Below, one piece after another: positions 28,928 to 38,700 of a DNA stretch of 64,000 nucleotides (position 1 is the first letter of the stretch; the number at the start of each line of letters is the position of its first letter). The stretch lies in the NCBI GenBank assembly GCA_963737905.1, contig CAVTUQ010000040.1, positions 32,001-96,000 of the forward strand. Reading direction: 5' to 3'. A program made the translations under genes and the position numbers. Source of the stretch: an uncultured delta proteobacterium (GTDB taxonomy: Bacteria; Desulfobacterota; Binatia; UBA9968). A model generated the notes under the pieces. That model was given only the letters and a program-made list of their open reading frames with translations. It had not been told where the DNA came from and ran no database searches.

Positions 28928-30389
28928 TTTCGCCTTTCGATCCCCTTGTTTGTAATCCAATCGATGAGTCATCCTTCCTGCTTCCCCGCATGGCCGAGCA
29001 CGACATCGCCACCAGCCCCATGATTGCAGCCACAAAGAAGGTGAAATTCATCGCGCTCACAAACACCGCAGGATTCGCCGGGGTCGCTGTCGCTGATGTA
29101 TCGCCGCTGTAGTAGCGAAAGGCCGCGGTGAGTAATAACGTGCCCATCGATATCCCAAATGTGGTCCCAAGACCGAACATGACGTATACAGCCCCCGTGG
29201 CAACGCCGCGATGTTGCGCGGGAACCGAACCGATCATGGCCGCGTGGTTGGGTGGATAGAAAAGCGCGGTTGCCAATCCCCACAGCGCCAAGACAACCAC
29301 CGCAGAGGTCCAATGGGAATCCACGTGCAGGAACCCGCCGAGAAAGGCGGCGAGCACCAGGAAAAGAATGCCCGCGGTCGAAGGAAGTCGTGGTCCGACC
29401 TTGTCCGCAACCCACCCGGCAACAGGAGACAACGTCACCGTGAAAACCGGCGCGCTGATAAACAATAAACCCATAAACGACGGGGACAGATGCAGGATAT
29501 CCTGGAGGTAGAACGGCAGCACAAAACCAACCATCACTTGAGCGACACCCACCAGAAGGAGACTGAGACCGCTCAGAGTAAACATACGAATCCGAAATAG
29601 CGATAGATCGAGAATCGGGCTGGCAGCCGTCCACTCACGATAGAGGAACCCGAGAAATGAGCCGGCGAAAAGCACGACGATAACGATCCGCAACTCAAAG
29701 CCCACGATTTCCATAATCCTGTGGTCGATGATCGCGATCAGCGCAACCGTCGTTAACACGAGCAGCACGGCTCCGAGATAATCGATAGCGGTGTGCGTGC
29801 CCGCAGGCGTGAAAACACTGGACCTATTTCCTCGTTTCAGGTTGAGTAAGGTGAGCGTCATTCCCACCAATGCGATGGGCAGGAGAAAGAAAAAAACCGC
29901 TCTCCAGTGAACGTAGTCGATGATCAATCCGCCGACGCTCGGCCCCACGAGGACTCCCGAGTGAAAAGCCGTCGTCATAAACCCCTGCGCTTTGCCGGCA
30001 GACTCTTTCGGCATCGAATCCATCGCCAGCGCCCGTGCTTGAGATTGGGTCATCGAGGCGCCGATCCCCTGGAAAAATCGAAACCCGATGAGTTGGAAGA
30101 CATTCTGAGAGAGGCCACAGAGACATGCACCGATCGCGGAGACCACGAACCCTAGCCCGAATATCTTCTGCCGGCCATAGATATCCCCGATCCGGCCGAA
30201 CACCAGCGACAAACTGATCGTGGAGATCTGAAACGAGATCACTGCCCAGGAGATGCCGACGATGGTCGTGTCCAGACTACTCGCCACCGTTGGCATCGAT
30301 ACGGCAAAGATTCGGCTCGCCGTTCCCGCTAGAAAACTACCCAGCGCGGCGTTGATCAGGAGCAACCAGTTGGTGCGCGAGTCCAACAT
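28920..30389 (-). CDS. MFS transporter, DHA2 (EmrB/QacA) 14-TM type
   Basis: FGRIGDIYGRQK, WRAVFF and PILDLSLFR motifs. Confidence 0.9.
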   Translation of the reverse strand: MLDSRTNWLLLINAALGSFLAGTASRIFAVSMPTVASSLDTTIVGISWAVISFQISTISLSLVFGRIGDIYGRQKIFGLGFVVSAIGACLCGLSQNVFQLIGFRFFQGIGASMTQSQARALAMDSMPKESAGKAQGFMTTAFHSGVLVGPSVGGLIIDYVHWRAVFFFLLPIALVGMTLTLLNLKRGNRSSVFTPAGTHTAIDYLGAVLLVLTTVALIAIIDHRIMEIVGFELRIVIVVLFAGSFLGFLYREWTAASPILDLSLFRIRMFTLSGLSLLLVGVAQVMVGFVLPFYLQDILHLSPSFMGLLFISAPVFTVTLSPVAGWVADKVGPRLPSTAGILFLVLAAFLGGFLHVDSHWTSAVVVLALWGLATALFYPPNHAAMIGSVPAQHRGVATGAVYVMFGLGTTFGISMGTLLLTAAFRYYSGDTSATATPANPAVFVSAMNFTFFVAAIMGLVAMSCSAMRGSRKDDSSIGLQTRGSKGEND

Positions 30390-30469
30390 TGAGTTTTTGG
30401 GATTTGTACGAGAGGTTAGTTAGCAAACCCAAACAGGAGAGCCCAAACCACCCCACCCCAGCCTTCGTT

Positions 30470-30871
30470 CTACCAATACTTTTCCACGAGCTGGATGCAA
30501 AACTCCAAAGCCGCCTCCACTTCATGCGCGGTGGCAGCACCGCCCTCGCCACGCGCGCCGGACCGAGCGTTGTGAAGCTTTTGTAAACGCACGGCCTCCA
30601 TCCGCGCAATCAATCCCGCACCGAGGGCCTTTTCTAAGAGCGCCGGGAAATCTTGCATTGACCAACCAGACAGCTTCAAACGCGCCTTTAGCCAATCCTC
30701 GAGGGATTGATCGCAAAGCACTAAGACATCGAGGGCGGAGAGATTTCCGGAGGACCATCCGTTCATGGCTCGACTTAGAGTCCGGATCGCTCTTCCCTCC
30801 GCCGAATGGTGACCTTTCAACCGCTCTTTTTCGGCTAAATTCGCAAAGATCGCATGGGGATCAAAAGTCAT
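30470..30871 (-). CDS. Hypothetical protein (helical, possibly HEPN-like)
   Basis: 133-aa ORF with coding-like composition; LEDWLK...LHNARS. Confidence 0.55.
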   Translation of the reverse strand: MTFDPHAIFANLAEKERLKGHHSAEGRAIRTLSRAMNGWSSGNLSALDVLVLCDQSLEDWLKARLKLSGWSMQDFPALLEKALGAGLIARMEAVRLQKLHNARSGARGEGGAATAHEVEAALEFCIQLVEKYW

Positions 30872-31020
30872 TGCGTATGTCGTCCATTCGATGATCTAAC
30901 TTTTATATCATGGATTTGTCACCAGTCGTAACTTGGATGTTCGCACTGACGAAAGATATTCTCGCCACGAAGTGATTCATGATCTTACGCTCGCCCACAA
31001 AGCATGAAAATGGAGAGCCT

Positions 31021-31117
31021 CGTCATGCCGGCATGGATGGCCGGCATCCAGGTGCGCAGGATGCGTCCGGAAACATCCATGTCGGCCTGGATTCCAGCAC
31101 TCCATGCTGGAATGACG
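31021..31117. repeat. REP-like inverted pair (CGTCATGCCGGC...ATCCAG / CTGGATTCC...GGAATGACG)
   Basis: Two hairpins in inverted orientation; a single related unit lies at 32474-32501. Confidence 0.75.
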
Positions 31118-31171
31118 CAATCGAGGAGTCGTACTAAGACTGACCCAGGCCCTCCACCCCGCGTATTTTCA

Positions 31172-31272
31172 AAGGAGCGCACGAAGGATACGAAGGATTC
31201 CGAAATTATCACGTTTCAATTTCTTACTTCGTGCTCCCTTCGGCTTTGCTCAGGGCATGCTTCGCGTCCTTG
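31172..31272. repeat. Short-period palindrome with a nested CCCTTCG..GCTCAGGGCATG element
   Basis: cacgaaggatacgaagg ... cttcgtgct[cccttcggctttgctcagggcatg]cttcgcgtcctt. Confidence 0.6.
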
Positions 31273-31406
31273 ATCGCTAAATCTGTAGCTCAATGCGCTA
31301 TCTCTCCTTGACCTGTTTTTCGCCATCCTCGATCCTCCATTCTCGATCCTCGCTCTCTGTGGTTTTGGCTCCGCCTCGCTGGCTTCTAAATCTCGCTTGT
31401 CAGCTA

Positions 31407-31436
31407 TTGACATGAGCCTGCTCGGATCAATAAATT
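31407..31436 (+). promoter_or_regulatory. Putative sigma70 promoter of the TAXI-like gene
   Basis: TTGACA (31407-12), 18-bp spacer, TAAATT (31431-36); GGAGG RBS before ATG 31468. Confidence 0.5.
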
Positions 31437-31467
31437 AGCCACTAAGACTTGCTACTGGAGGTAACTC

Positions 31468-32430
31468 ATGGAACCCCTTCCCCGCGGCGCAAATTTTCAA
31501 AGAGCGAAACTGCTTTGGGAAATCGGCTTACACATCGCCGGTGATCCCAATACGCCTTACTTCGGTCCTCGCGACATGTGCATCTCCGTCGGGAGCGGCT
31601 CGGCGGAAAACTTCAAACCAAAGCTGCGCATGTCCACCGGTTCACCGATTTTGGCCCATGCGGTCTGCCGCGGCGACTTGGAAATGTCGATGGTCAATCC
31701 CTCGGGCTTCCTCACGCAGGCTTATCGCGGCACGGGGTTATTTCCCCAGCCTTTGCCGGTTCGCATTCTCGCCACTTACCCGTCCTGGGACCGCTATGTT
31801 CATCTGATTCACCCGCGTACTGGACTGAAATCGTTGGCCGAGATCAAAGACAAGAAGTATCCGTTGCGGCTATCCATCCGCGAAGATGCAACCCATTCTA
31901 CCCGAGTATTGCTGGACCAGACGCTGGCGTTATATGGCTTCACCCTTGCCGATCTCGAATCCTGGGGCGGCAGTCTCCAGCTCAACGGCGGACCGGGAGA
32001 TGAGCGGCGCATGAACGCGATCCATTCTGGAACCATCGACGCGATTATCGATGAGGGCCTCGTGCTCTGGTTTGATGCGGCTCTAGCCGCCGGCATGGAG
32101 CCGATCAGCCTCGAGGACTGGGCAATGACGAAGCTCCAAGCGCTGGGCTGGCGGCGCGTCGTAATTCCCAAGGGCCGCTATCCACATCTCAAATCCGATC
32201 ACGAGTGTATCGACTACAGCGGTTGGCCGCTCTATACCCGAGCATCACTCTCGGATGAAGACGCCTACAAAGTCGTTGATGCCATCAACGCGCGCAAAGA
32301 TGAAATTTACTGGGAAGATTCCTACACGGGAGTCGGCCAACTAGGCCAAGACACGGACGCGACGCCGCGGGATGTCCCGCTCCATCCCGGAGCGGAGAAG
32401 TGGTATCGAGAGCACGGGATCAAGGTGTAG
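31468..32430 (+). CDS. TAXI-family protein lacking a signal peptide
   Basis: RILATYPSWD, IDEG, DYSGWP and PLHPGAEKWYREHGI motifs. Confidence 0.75.
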   Translation: MEPLPRGANFQRAKLLWEIGLHIAGDPNTPYFGPRDMCISVGSGSAENFKPKLRMSTGSPILAHAVCRGDLEMSMVNPSGFLTQAYRGTGLFPQPLPVRILATYPSWDRYVHLIHPRTGLKSLAEIKDKKYPLRLSIREDATHSTRVLLDQTLALYGFTLADLESWGGSLQLNGGPGDERRMNAIHSGTIDAIIDEGLVLWFDAALAAGMEPISLEDWAMTKLQALGWRRVVIPKGRYPHLKSDHECIDYSGWPLYTRASLSDEDAYKVVDAINARKDEIYWEDSYTGVGQLGQDTDATPRDVPLHPGAEKWYREHGIKV

Positions 32431-32473
32431 GATCAAAGGGATTTTGATGTGCATGCGGGGAAACGGTCTCCAC

Positions 32474-32501
32474 CGTCATGCCTGCGAAAGCGGGCATCCA
32501 G
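32474..32501 (+). repeat. Single REP-like hairpin
   Basis: CGTCATGCCTGCGAAAGCGGGCATCCAG. Confidence 0.65.
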
Positions 32502-32587
32502 CAGGGGCATGAAGGGAGAATTCAAGGAATGATGTGGACGGGGTTGGCGTTGTAGCGCGGCTTGGCCGACCAACGCATGTCTTCCGT

Positions 32588-32866
32588 TTAAGCCACACGT
32601 TCAATCTTCGTCCCTACGAGACGCGACGGTTGGTCAGGAGCTAGATCTTTGATCCGTACATATATTACCGGTTGCCGCTTTTCTCGCTGCCGCTTAGCAT
32701 TTCTTAGATTGAAGCGCTTCAGCTTCTGGTCGTAGTCGGGCAGCAAAACAACTTGCGCATTCTTCGGTATCTTCTTTTCCATCTCAGGATGGGTCAGAAG
32801 ATAGCGCATGAACTCAAAGCTCAGCTCCAAATTTCTTTCTATCAGTTCGCTTTCTTGCATAGTCAT
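32588..32866 (-). CDS. Small putative antitoxin-like protein (DUF5647-like), paralog of 46658-46930
   Basis: NLELSFEFMRYLLTHPEM..KIPKNAQVVLLP.YD; coupled to the upstream gene. Confidence 0.6.
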   Translation of the reverse strand: MTMQESELIERNLELSFEFMRYLLTHPEMEKKIPKNAQVVLLPDYDQKLKRFNLRNAKRQREKRQPVIYVRIKDLAPDQPSRLVGTKIERVA

Positions 32867-33170
32867 CGTCCTTTCAAAAACCGCTCGCGGTAAATTGTCC
32901 CGTTGGCCTTCAGGTCCGCTTCCGCAAATGTCAGGGCTTGATTGAAGTTAAAGAAAACAACGGTGTCTTGAGCGCCCTACCACGGTTATCGTATTGGTCT
33001 CGGTGGCTGAATCCATGAGCGGTGTCATAGCGCACCACAACCATCCATTTCCCCTTCCAGAAAGTTTCATATTGTACTGTGAAACTAATGATTTTTCCTC
33101 TACTTCGAGCATGATGTTCCCGAAGACGGTCGTCTGGCCCTAGCCGAATCGTGAATTCGGTCCTTTTCAT
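32863..33170 (-). CDS. Small putative toxin-like protein (DUF7718/TumE-like), frameshift in a T-run near 32955; paralog of 46927-47241
   Basis: F.VQYET..KGKW..VVRYDTAHGFSHRD; the alternate frame continues FNQALTFAEADLKAN..IYRERF. Confidence 0.6.
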
Positions 33171-33317
33171 CCAGGAGTTAGCTCAACGAGGGCGGGAAGA
33201 GCATTTTGTCCCTTTACAAATGAGGCCGAGTCGCTTGGACTTCTTGATCGAAATACTATACTCCATGTCTTCCGGCTTTTCACTTAGATGATGTTTCGAC
33301 CTCGATTCCGCGGAAGC

Positions 33318-34661
33318 TTATTCAATTCCCAGGGACTTCATCAGCTTCAAAAAATATTTGGCTTCAAGCCCGAGCAACTTGGCGGCAGCGGACCGATTAC
33401 CGTGGGTTGTGGCAAGCGCCTTCAGGAGTAACTCTTTTCTCGCCGCATTTAATCCCTCGCGATACGGCTGCACTCCCGGAGCAGGCGTCGTCCATCCGGC
33501 GGCGATCCGACCAGGCAAGTCTTCCAACGTAACCGTTGGGCCCGCACCCAGCACCACCGCCCTTTCGATCACGTTCGCCAACTCCCGCACATTGCCGGGC
33601 CAGTCATAGGCCTCAAGTTTTGCCTGCGCTTCTTTGGATATCCCGTTGATATTTCTTCTGATAGCCATGGCATGCTTACGGAGAAAATATTGGCATAGCG
33701 CCGCTATGTCTTCCCTCCGCTCTCTCAGCGGCGGAAGACTAATCGCCACAACGTTAAAGCGGTAATAAAGATCTGCACGGAATAGTCCTTCCTTAACGAA
33801 GCGCTCTAAATTCCGATTGGTGGCGGCTATAATCCGAACATCAACGGAAATCGGCGTAACTCCGCCTACCCGCTCGAATTCTCGCTCTTGAAGAAAGCGC
33901 AATAGCTTCGCTTGGAGTTCCAGAGAGATATCGCCGATCTCGTCGAAAAAGATCGTGCCGCCGTGAGCCAATTCGATCTTGCCGGTCTTACGCCGGTGCG
34001 CGCCGGTAAACGCCCCTTGTTCGTGGCCGAACAGCTCGCTCTCCAGGAGCTCTTTCGACAGACCCACCGAGTTGATAGCGATAAAAGGTCTGTCTTTTCT
34101 TTCACTCCAGTTGTGGATGGAGCGAGCAAAGATCTCTTTGCCGGTGCCGCTTTCGCCGAGGAGTAAGACTGTTGCACTGCTGGCAGCAGATTTCTTGGCC
34201 AAATCAACGGCCTCCTTCATCGCGGCGCTCTCTCCGACCACCAAACGATAGCGGTCTTCGACCTCCTCCGAGAGAATCTCGACGCCGCGTTTGAGCCTTT
34301 GTCGCTCCAGAGCTTTACGCACTACCAGGGCGATATGATCCGGCTCAAAGGGCCTGGTGATGAAATCGTAGGCCCCTTCTTTCATCGCCTCCACGGCCCG
34401 CTCCATCGTTCCGTAGGCGGTGATCATCACCACAGGAGTATCGTTCTCTTTCTTGCGAAGTTCTTTTAAAACTTCCAACCCGCTAAGATCCGGCATCATG
34501 TAATCGAGAATAATGAGATCGGGCCGCGACGACTCGATTTTTTTAAGCGCCTCGCGACCATCGCTCGCGGCAACGACCGAGTAGCCCTCGTGGGTCAACT
34601 CCTGGCTGAGAATATTTCGGTTGGACGGCTCGTCGTCCACGATCAGAATCTTGTCGCTCAT
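33318..34661 (-). CDS. Sigma54-dependent response regulator (NtrC/AtoC family bacterial enhancer-binding protein)
   Basis: Receiver (IVDDE, LDYMMP), AAA+ Walker A GESGTGKE, ESELFGHEQGAFTGA, WPGNVREL and a Fis-type HTH. Confidence 0.95.
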   Translation of the reverse strand: MSDKILIVDDEPSNRNILSQELTHEGYSVVAASDGREALKKIESSRPDLIILDYMMPDLSGLEVLKELRKKENDTPVVMITAYGTMERAVEAMKEGAYDFITRPFEPDHIALVVRKALERQRLKRGVEILSEEVEDRYRLVVGESAAMKEAVDLAKKSAASSATVLLLGESGTGKEIFARSIHNWSERKDRPFIAINSVGLSKELLESELFGHEQGAFTGAHRRKTGKIELAHGGTIFFDEIGDISLELQAKLLRFLQEREFERVGGVTPISVDVRIIAATNRNLERFVKEGLFRADLYYRFNVVAISLPPLRERREDIAALCQYFLRKHAMAIRRNINGISKEAQAKLEAYDWPGNVRELANVIERAVVLGAGPTVTLEDLPGRIAAGWTTPAPGVQPYREGLNAARKELLLKALATTHGNRSAAAKLLGLEAKYFLKLMKSLGIE

Positions 34662-34727
34662 GTCCGCTCTTAGCTCGGCGTTCTTTGCACTTGCAGGTTA
34701 ACGGTTCTGCTCCTCACCCTTTACCCC

Positions 34728-36626
34728 TTACCCCGATTTCAACGGCAGCCTCACCGTGAAAACCGATCCTTTACCCACCTCGCTTTCAACAGCAACCTCT
34801 CCGCCCAGAAGCTCCACGAATCTCTTCACAATGGCCAGTCCCAGACCAGTGCCCCGATATTGCTTCGTGCTCGACGAGTCCCCACGGTGAAACTCCTCGA
34901 AGATCTGATTCAGGTCCTCTTTTCCGATCCCAATACCCGTGTCCGAGACCATTAACTGCAATGATCCGTTTTGTTGCGATGCGGAAATCTTGATTTCACC
35001 TTGCTCAGTATACTTTATTGCATTGTCCAAGAGGTTGAGAATAATTTGTCTTAGCTTTTCTCGATCTGTATTCAAGGGCCCCATGCCTGGATCGATTTCT
35101 CGAACGATGCGAACGCTGCCACCGTTCAAGGTCGGTTCGATGGTTGATAGAGCGCCCTGAATGACTTCGTTTACCCTAACCGGTTCCACATGCATTTCCA
35201 TCTTACCTGCTTCGATCTTGCTAAATTCCAGCAGGCTGTCGATTTGATTGAGCAAACGTTCAGCGTTACGGAGGAGATCTTCGAGATTTTCTCTTTGCAA
35301 TCGCGAGATCTGGCCCTCGGTGGCACGCAGGACCAAATGTGCATAGCCGATGACCGCGCTCATAGGAGTACGGAGTTCATGGTTTACATTTGCGAGAAAT
35401 TGCGACTTGAGTTGGCTCGCCTCTTCCAGTTTCTCGTTGGCGACGGTCAGCGCCTGTGTCCGTTCCGCGACTTTTCGCTCCAGGCTGGTTTGAGCTTCTT
35501 TAAGATGCGCGGTCATCTTGTTGAATTCCTCGGCGAGAGTCTCGATCTCATCCCCGGTCTTGATTTCAAGCCGGGAATTCAGGTCACCACTACTGATACG
35601 TTCCACTCCTTCACGCAAGGCCTGGAGCGGACGCACTACCCGGCGCGCCAGATAGAGGCTCGTCAAGAGTGCCAATCCCAAACCAACCAAAAGCAGGCTG
35701 GAAGTGCGTAAAATTGAAGAGTAGAGAGGCTCACGTGCATCTTCTATCGGTCGTTCAACAAAGACAGCCCAGTCCAGAATCGGGATCAGAGCATTGGAGC
35801 TGAAAACCTTTTGTCCTTGGAGGTTGTAGCTAACGATCGCTCTCGGCTTGAGTCCGCCTTGACTGGGTTGGAAAGCTTCTTTCAATTGATCCAGGACCAC
35901 TTTTTTTTGTTGCAGGACTAATTTGATATTCGGGTGGGCAATGAGATCTCCCGCTCGCGTAACCATGTAGGCATAGCCCGCCTTGCCGACTTTGGTCGCG
36001 GATATGATGTCCCAAATATCTCTGAGGCTGAGTTCAGCTCTAAGGACACCTATGACGTCGCCAGTCGAGTACTCGATGGGGACGGCGATGGTCATGTAAG
36101 GTTCGAACTCTCGGAAGTAGGCCGCGCCGAAATAAGGCTTCCCTTGTTTGGATTGCCGAAAGGCTGCGGATGCGGAGAAATTTCTTCCGGCATCAGACGA
36201 AACAGCGCGGAAGCGCGAGGTCTGCACCCGTATCACACCATTTCCGTCCAGCGCTGCTGCTTCAGTGATCGCAGGCTCTAAAAAAAGAAGTCTCTTCAAT
36301 TCAAACTCGTACGTGGGTGATATGCCATTAGCAGTGATATCTCGACTCTTGGTCGTAGCTTTCATTGAGGTTACAACATCTTGGATGAATCGCTCAATCT
36401 TTAAGGAAGTACCCACCGCGGCATCATGTTGTGCGAGGGCAAGCTGCTCCAGATTTTCCTGATACCGGAAATAGATTTCTACGAGTCCGCTGGAGATGAG
36501 CCCGCCGGCCAACAAGATCACCGAGAAAAAAAAGTAGTCTCGCACCAGCCGTTCACGGCCTGCTCTGCGCGAAAGATGCAGACGTTCTAGTAACTTCCTC
36601 AGTCTCAGTCCGAAATCCACAATCAA
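34728..36626 (-). CDS. Sensor histidine kinase (TM-Cache-TM-HAMP-HisKA-HATPase)
   Basis: Two TMs; Cache motifs (GKPYFG, GYAYMVTRAGDLIAHP); HAMP (TGDEIETLAEEFNKM); H-box NHELRTP; N/G boxes. Confidence 0.95.
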   Translation of the reverse strand: MIVDFGLRLRKLLERLHLSRRAGRERLVRDYFFFSVILLAGGLISSGLVEIYFRYQENLEQLALAQHDAAVGTSLKIERFIQDVVTSMKATTKSRDITANGISPTYEFELKRLLFLEPAITEAAALDGNGVIRVQTSRFRAVSSDAGRNFSASAAFRQSKQGKPYFGAAYFREFEPYMTIAVPIEYSTGDVIGVLRAELSLRDIWDIISATKVGKAGYAYMVTRAGDLIAHPNIKLVLQQKKVVLDQLKEAFQPSQGGLKPRAIVSYNLQGQKVFSSNALIPILDWAVFVERPIEDAREPLYSSILRTSSLLLVGLGLALLTSLYLARRVVRPLQALREGVERISSGDLNSRLEIKTGDEIETLAEEFNKMTAHLKEAQTSLERKVAERTQALTVANEKLEEASQLKSQFLANVNHELRTPMSAVIGYAHLVLRATEGQISRLQRENLEDLLRNAERLLNQIDSLLEFSKIEAGKMEMHVEPVRVNEVIQGALSTIEPTLNGGSVRIVREIDPGMGPLNTDREKLRQIILNLLDNAIKYTEQGEIKISASQQNGSLQLMVSDTGIGIGKEDLNQIFEEFHRGDSSSTKQYRGTGLGLAIVKRFVELLGGEVAVESEVGKGSVFTVRLPLKSG

Positions 36627-36636
36627 GAGTCCTAAC

Positions 36637-37656
36637 TCACTTGATGATCCGGTCTGCCCACGTAAGCATCTTGTCTGGAATCGTCACTCCAATTTCCTTA
36701 GCCGTCTTGAGGTTGATGACCAGCTCAAACTTTTTCGGCAGCTCTATCGGTAGCTCCGCCGGCTTCGCTCCTTTGAGAATCTTGTCCACGACATATGCCG
36801 CCCTCCGGAACTGCTCAATTTCGTTAGCCCCATAAGCCATAAGGCCGCCGACCTCCGCGAAGTCCGCTCGCCAGAAAATTCCGGGAAGACGCCTTTTTAA
36901 GGCCAAGTCGGCAACGTAGCCCAAGTCTTGACCGATGATTGAACTCGGCAGCAAGACAAAGGCTCCGGCTTGCCCTCGCGTCGCCCATGTGAACGCGGCG
37001 CCTACCGAACGTCTCACCAAACCGGATGGGTGCTTTTTAAACAATTTCACCTCCGCCGATTCCAACTCGACTCCTAGTGAACGCGCCGTAACCTCCATAC
37101 CTTTCATTGTTGGTTCCGCTTCAAATCCCTGGCTCCAGAGCACTGCTACCCGGCTGACCCTTGGAACCGTTTCTTTGAGCAGTTCGAGCCATTTTCCACC
37201 TAGCTCCGTTGACATACCGCTTATGCCCGTCACATTTCCTCCCGGTCGCTCACGGCTTGCCACAATCCCAACCGCGACCGGATCACCGAGATATGCCATG
37301 ACGATAGGGATTGTCCTTGTTGCCTGCATGGCGGCACTTAAGGCAGGTGAACGTTGGGGGACGATCACGTTAACGTTGAGCCGGACCAACTCGGCGGCAA
37401 GCCCCGCAAGCCGCCAGTCGTTTCCAAAAGCAAATCGGGGCTCAATAATGATGTTCTGCCCCTCGATGTAGCCAACCTCGCGCAGACCTTGCCGGAACGA
37501 CTGAAAGGCGGGAGACGATGGATCGTCGAGCCCGAGATAACCTATTCGTGGAACTTTCGTAGTCTGCTGAGCTCCGGCGAAGCCTTCAGTTAGAGCCATG
37601 AGCGTGATGATCAGAACGCGCAGAAAGATATTTTTCACGTCGCTTGCCTTCGGCAT
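36637..37656 (-). CDS. ABC_sub_bind (PF04392)-type solute-binding protein, orphan, first gene of the signalling operon
   Basis: Signal peptide; RIGYL, GYIEGQNI, PGGNVTG, GGLMAYG, KILKGAKPAELP and FELVINLKTAK motifs. Confidence 0.9.
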   Translation of the reverse strand: MPKASDVKNIFLRVLIITLMALTEGFAGAQQTTKVPRIGYLGLDDPSSPAFQSFRQGLREVGYIEGQNIIIEPRFAFGNDWRLAGLAAELVRLNVNVIVPQRSPALSAAMQATRTIPIVMAYLGDPVAVGIVASRERPGGNVTGISGMSTELGGKWLELLKETVPRVSRVAVLWSQGFEAEPTMKGMEVTARSLGVELESAEVKLFKKHPSGLVRRSVGAAFTWATRGQAGAFVLLPSSIIGQDLGYVADLALKRRLPGIFWRADFAEVGGLMAYGANEIEQFRRAAYVVDKILKGAKPAELPIELPKKFELVINLKTAKEIGVTIPDKMLTWADRIIK

Positions 37657-37753
37657 CCCTATATCACGGAAAGGCTTTCGGTGCAGTCATTCGGAAATCG
37701 GGATCGTCGCAGCTCTACGTTCAACCGAGTCCAGTGCAACCCCTGGATTAAGG

Positions 37754-37768
37754 GCAAAGGAAGTGCCA
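37754..37768 (-). promoter_or_regulatory. Sigma54 -24/-12 promoter for the SBP-HK-RR operon
   Basis: Minus strand reads TGGCAC-TTCCT-TTGC; about 100 bp from the shared palindromic enhancer at 37865-37903. Confidence 0.8.
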
Positions 37769-37864
37769 ATCGCCCGATGCCTGAGAACCCATCCAAGAAT
37801 GGCTGGGGTTAGTGGATAATTTCCTCCGTGCTGTCGTTGTTCAAATCCACGGGCGTAAAAACAC

Positions 37865-37993
37865 GGTGGCTTTTAAGACACCCAGGGTGGCGAAAAAGCC
37901 ACCTTTTTTAATTGTCTAGCAAGCACTTCTTTATCAGCGCTTCCGTTAACTCAATCACTTAGCCGTCTGTTCTTAGCTGGCACTACGGTTGCT
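37865..37993 (+). promoter_or_regulatory. Sigma54 enhancer-IHF-promoter module, copy 1
   Basis: GGTGGCttttaaGACACC (37865) + GGTGGCgaaaaaGCCACC (37886); AACTCAATCACTTAG (37948); TGGCACtacggTTGCT (37978-93). Confidence 0.85.
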
Positions 37994-38238
37994 GAGTAGT
38001 CGCAAGGATGATTACACACGACTCGTGCTTGAGTAGCGAGAGAGTTACTAAAAACAAATCACAAGGAGGAAGGTCGTCATGGGAAAATTAGTTCTCATGT
38101 CGTTCGGCTGAATCGACTTTTCCGCATTGTCATTTTCCGAATAGGCGTCGCGGTCGTCACTTCGGAAAGGTGCAAATTCTACGTAGCAACCTGCGGGGGA
38201 ATTCACCTCACTTAGATTGAAGATAAAGGGAGGAAAAT

Positions 38239-38700
38239 ATGAAACTAAAAATGAGTTCAGTGGTAATGGTCGCTCTGGCGAGTGGCTTGTTGTTGGTGTC
38301 ATCACATTTCCAGAGAGTCCATGCAGACGATCGGCATGAAAGAGCCTGCTCAAACAAAACTCTGAACGGTTCCTATGGAAGCTACAGGACGGGAACCACC
38401 AGCACGGGCCCACTGGCCGCAGTCGGCATTCTCTTCTTCGACGGCAACGGAACCGTTTTTGGGAGCCAGAACATCAGCAGGAACGGAGTCTTCACTTTTG
38501 ATGTGCCAATCCCCCCCAGTCCGTATGAGGTGGCTGCGGATTGCACTGCCAAGTTCTTAACCGACACCGGTGACGAGGTTGCCCGGGTTCACATCGTAGA
38601 CGGGGGAAATGAGTTTTACGAGCTCAGCGAGACGGCGGGTAATGCGGTCTATGGAGTTGCGAAAAAAATCCACACTGCCGACGACGACCGCGACCGCTGA
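38239..38700 (+). CDS. Secreted hypothetical beta-rich protein
   Basis: Signal peptide; CSNKTLNGSYG...FDGNG...Y.V..DC pattern with two Cys; GGAGG RBS. Confidence 0.8.
   Translation: MKLKMSSVVMVALASGLLLVSSHFQRVHADDRHERACSNKTLNGSYGSYRTGTTSTGPLAAVGILFFDGNGTVFGSQNISRNGVFTFDVPIPPSPYEVAADCTAKFLTDTGDEVARVHIVDGGNEFYELSETAGNAVYGVAKKIHTADDDRDR

Noticed and set aside
30985-31413. Short ORFs over the REP cluster
   Set aside because: Translations of palindromic repeats (VIPAWSAGIQ, EACPEQSRR), not proteins.
37886-37910. GGTGGC-GAAAAA-GCCACC-TTTTTT as merely an intrinsic terminator or riboswitch
   Set aside because: The U-tract is clear only in copies 1 and 5. Arms vary without compensatory pairing (GGTGTT/GCCACC, GGTGGC/ACCACC) while helical spacing is conserved, which fits DNA binding sites. 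A secondary insulator role is not excluded.
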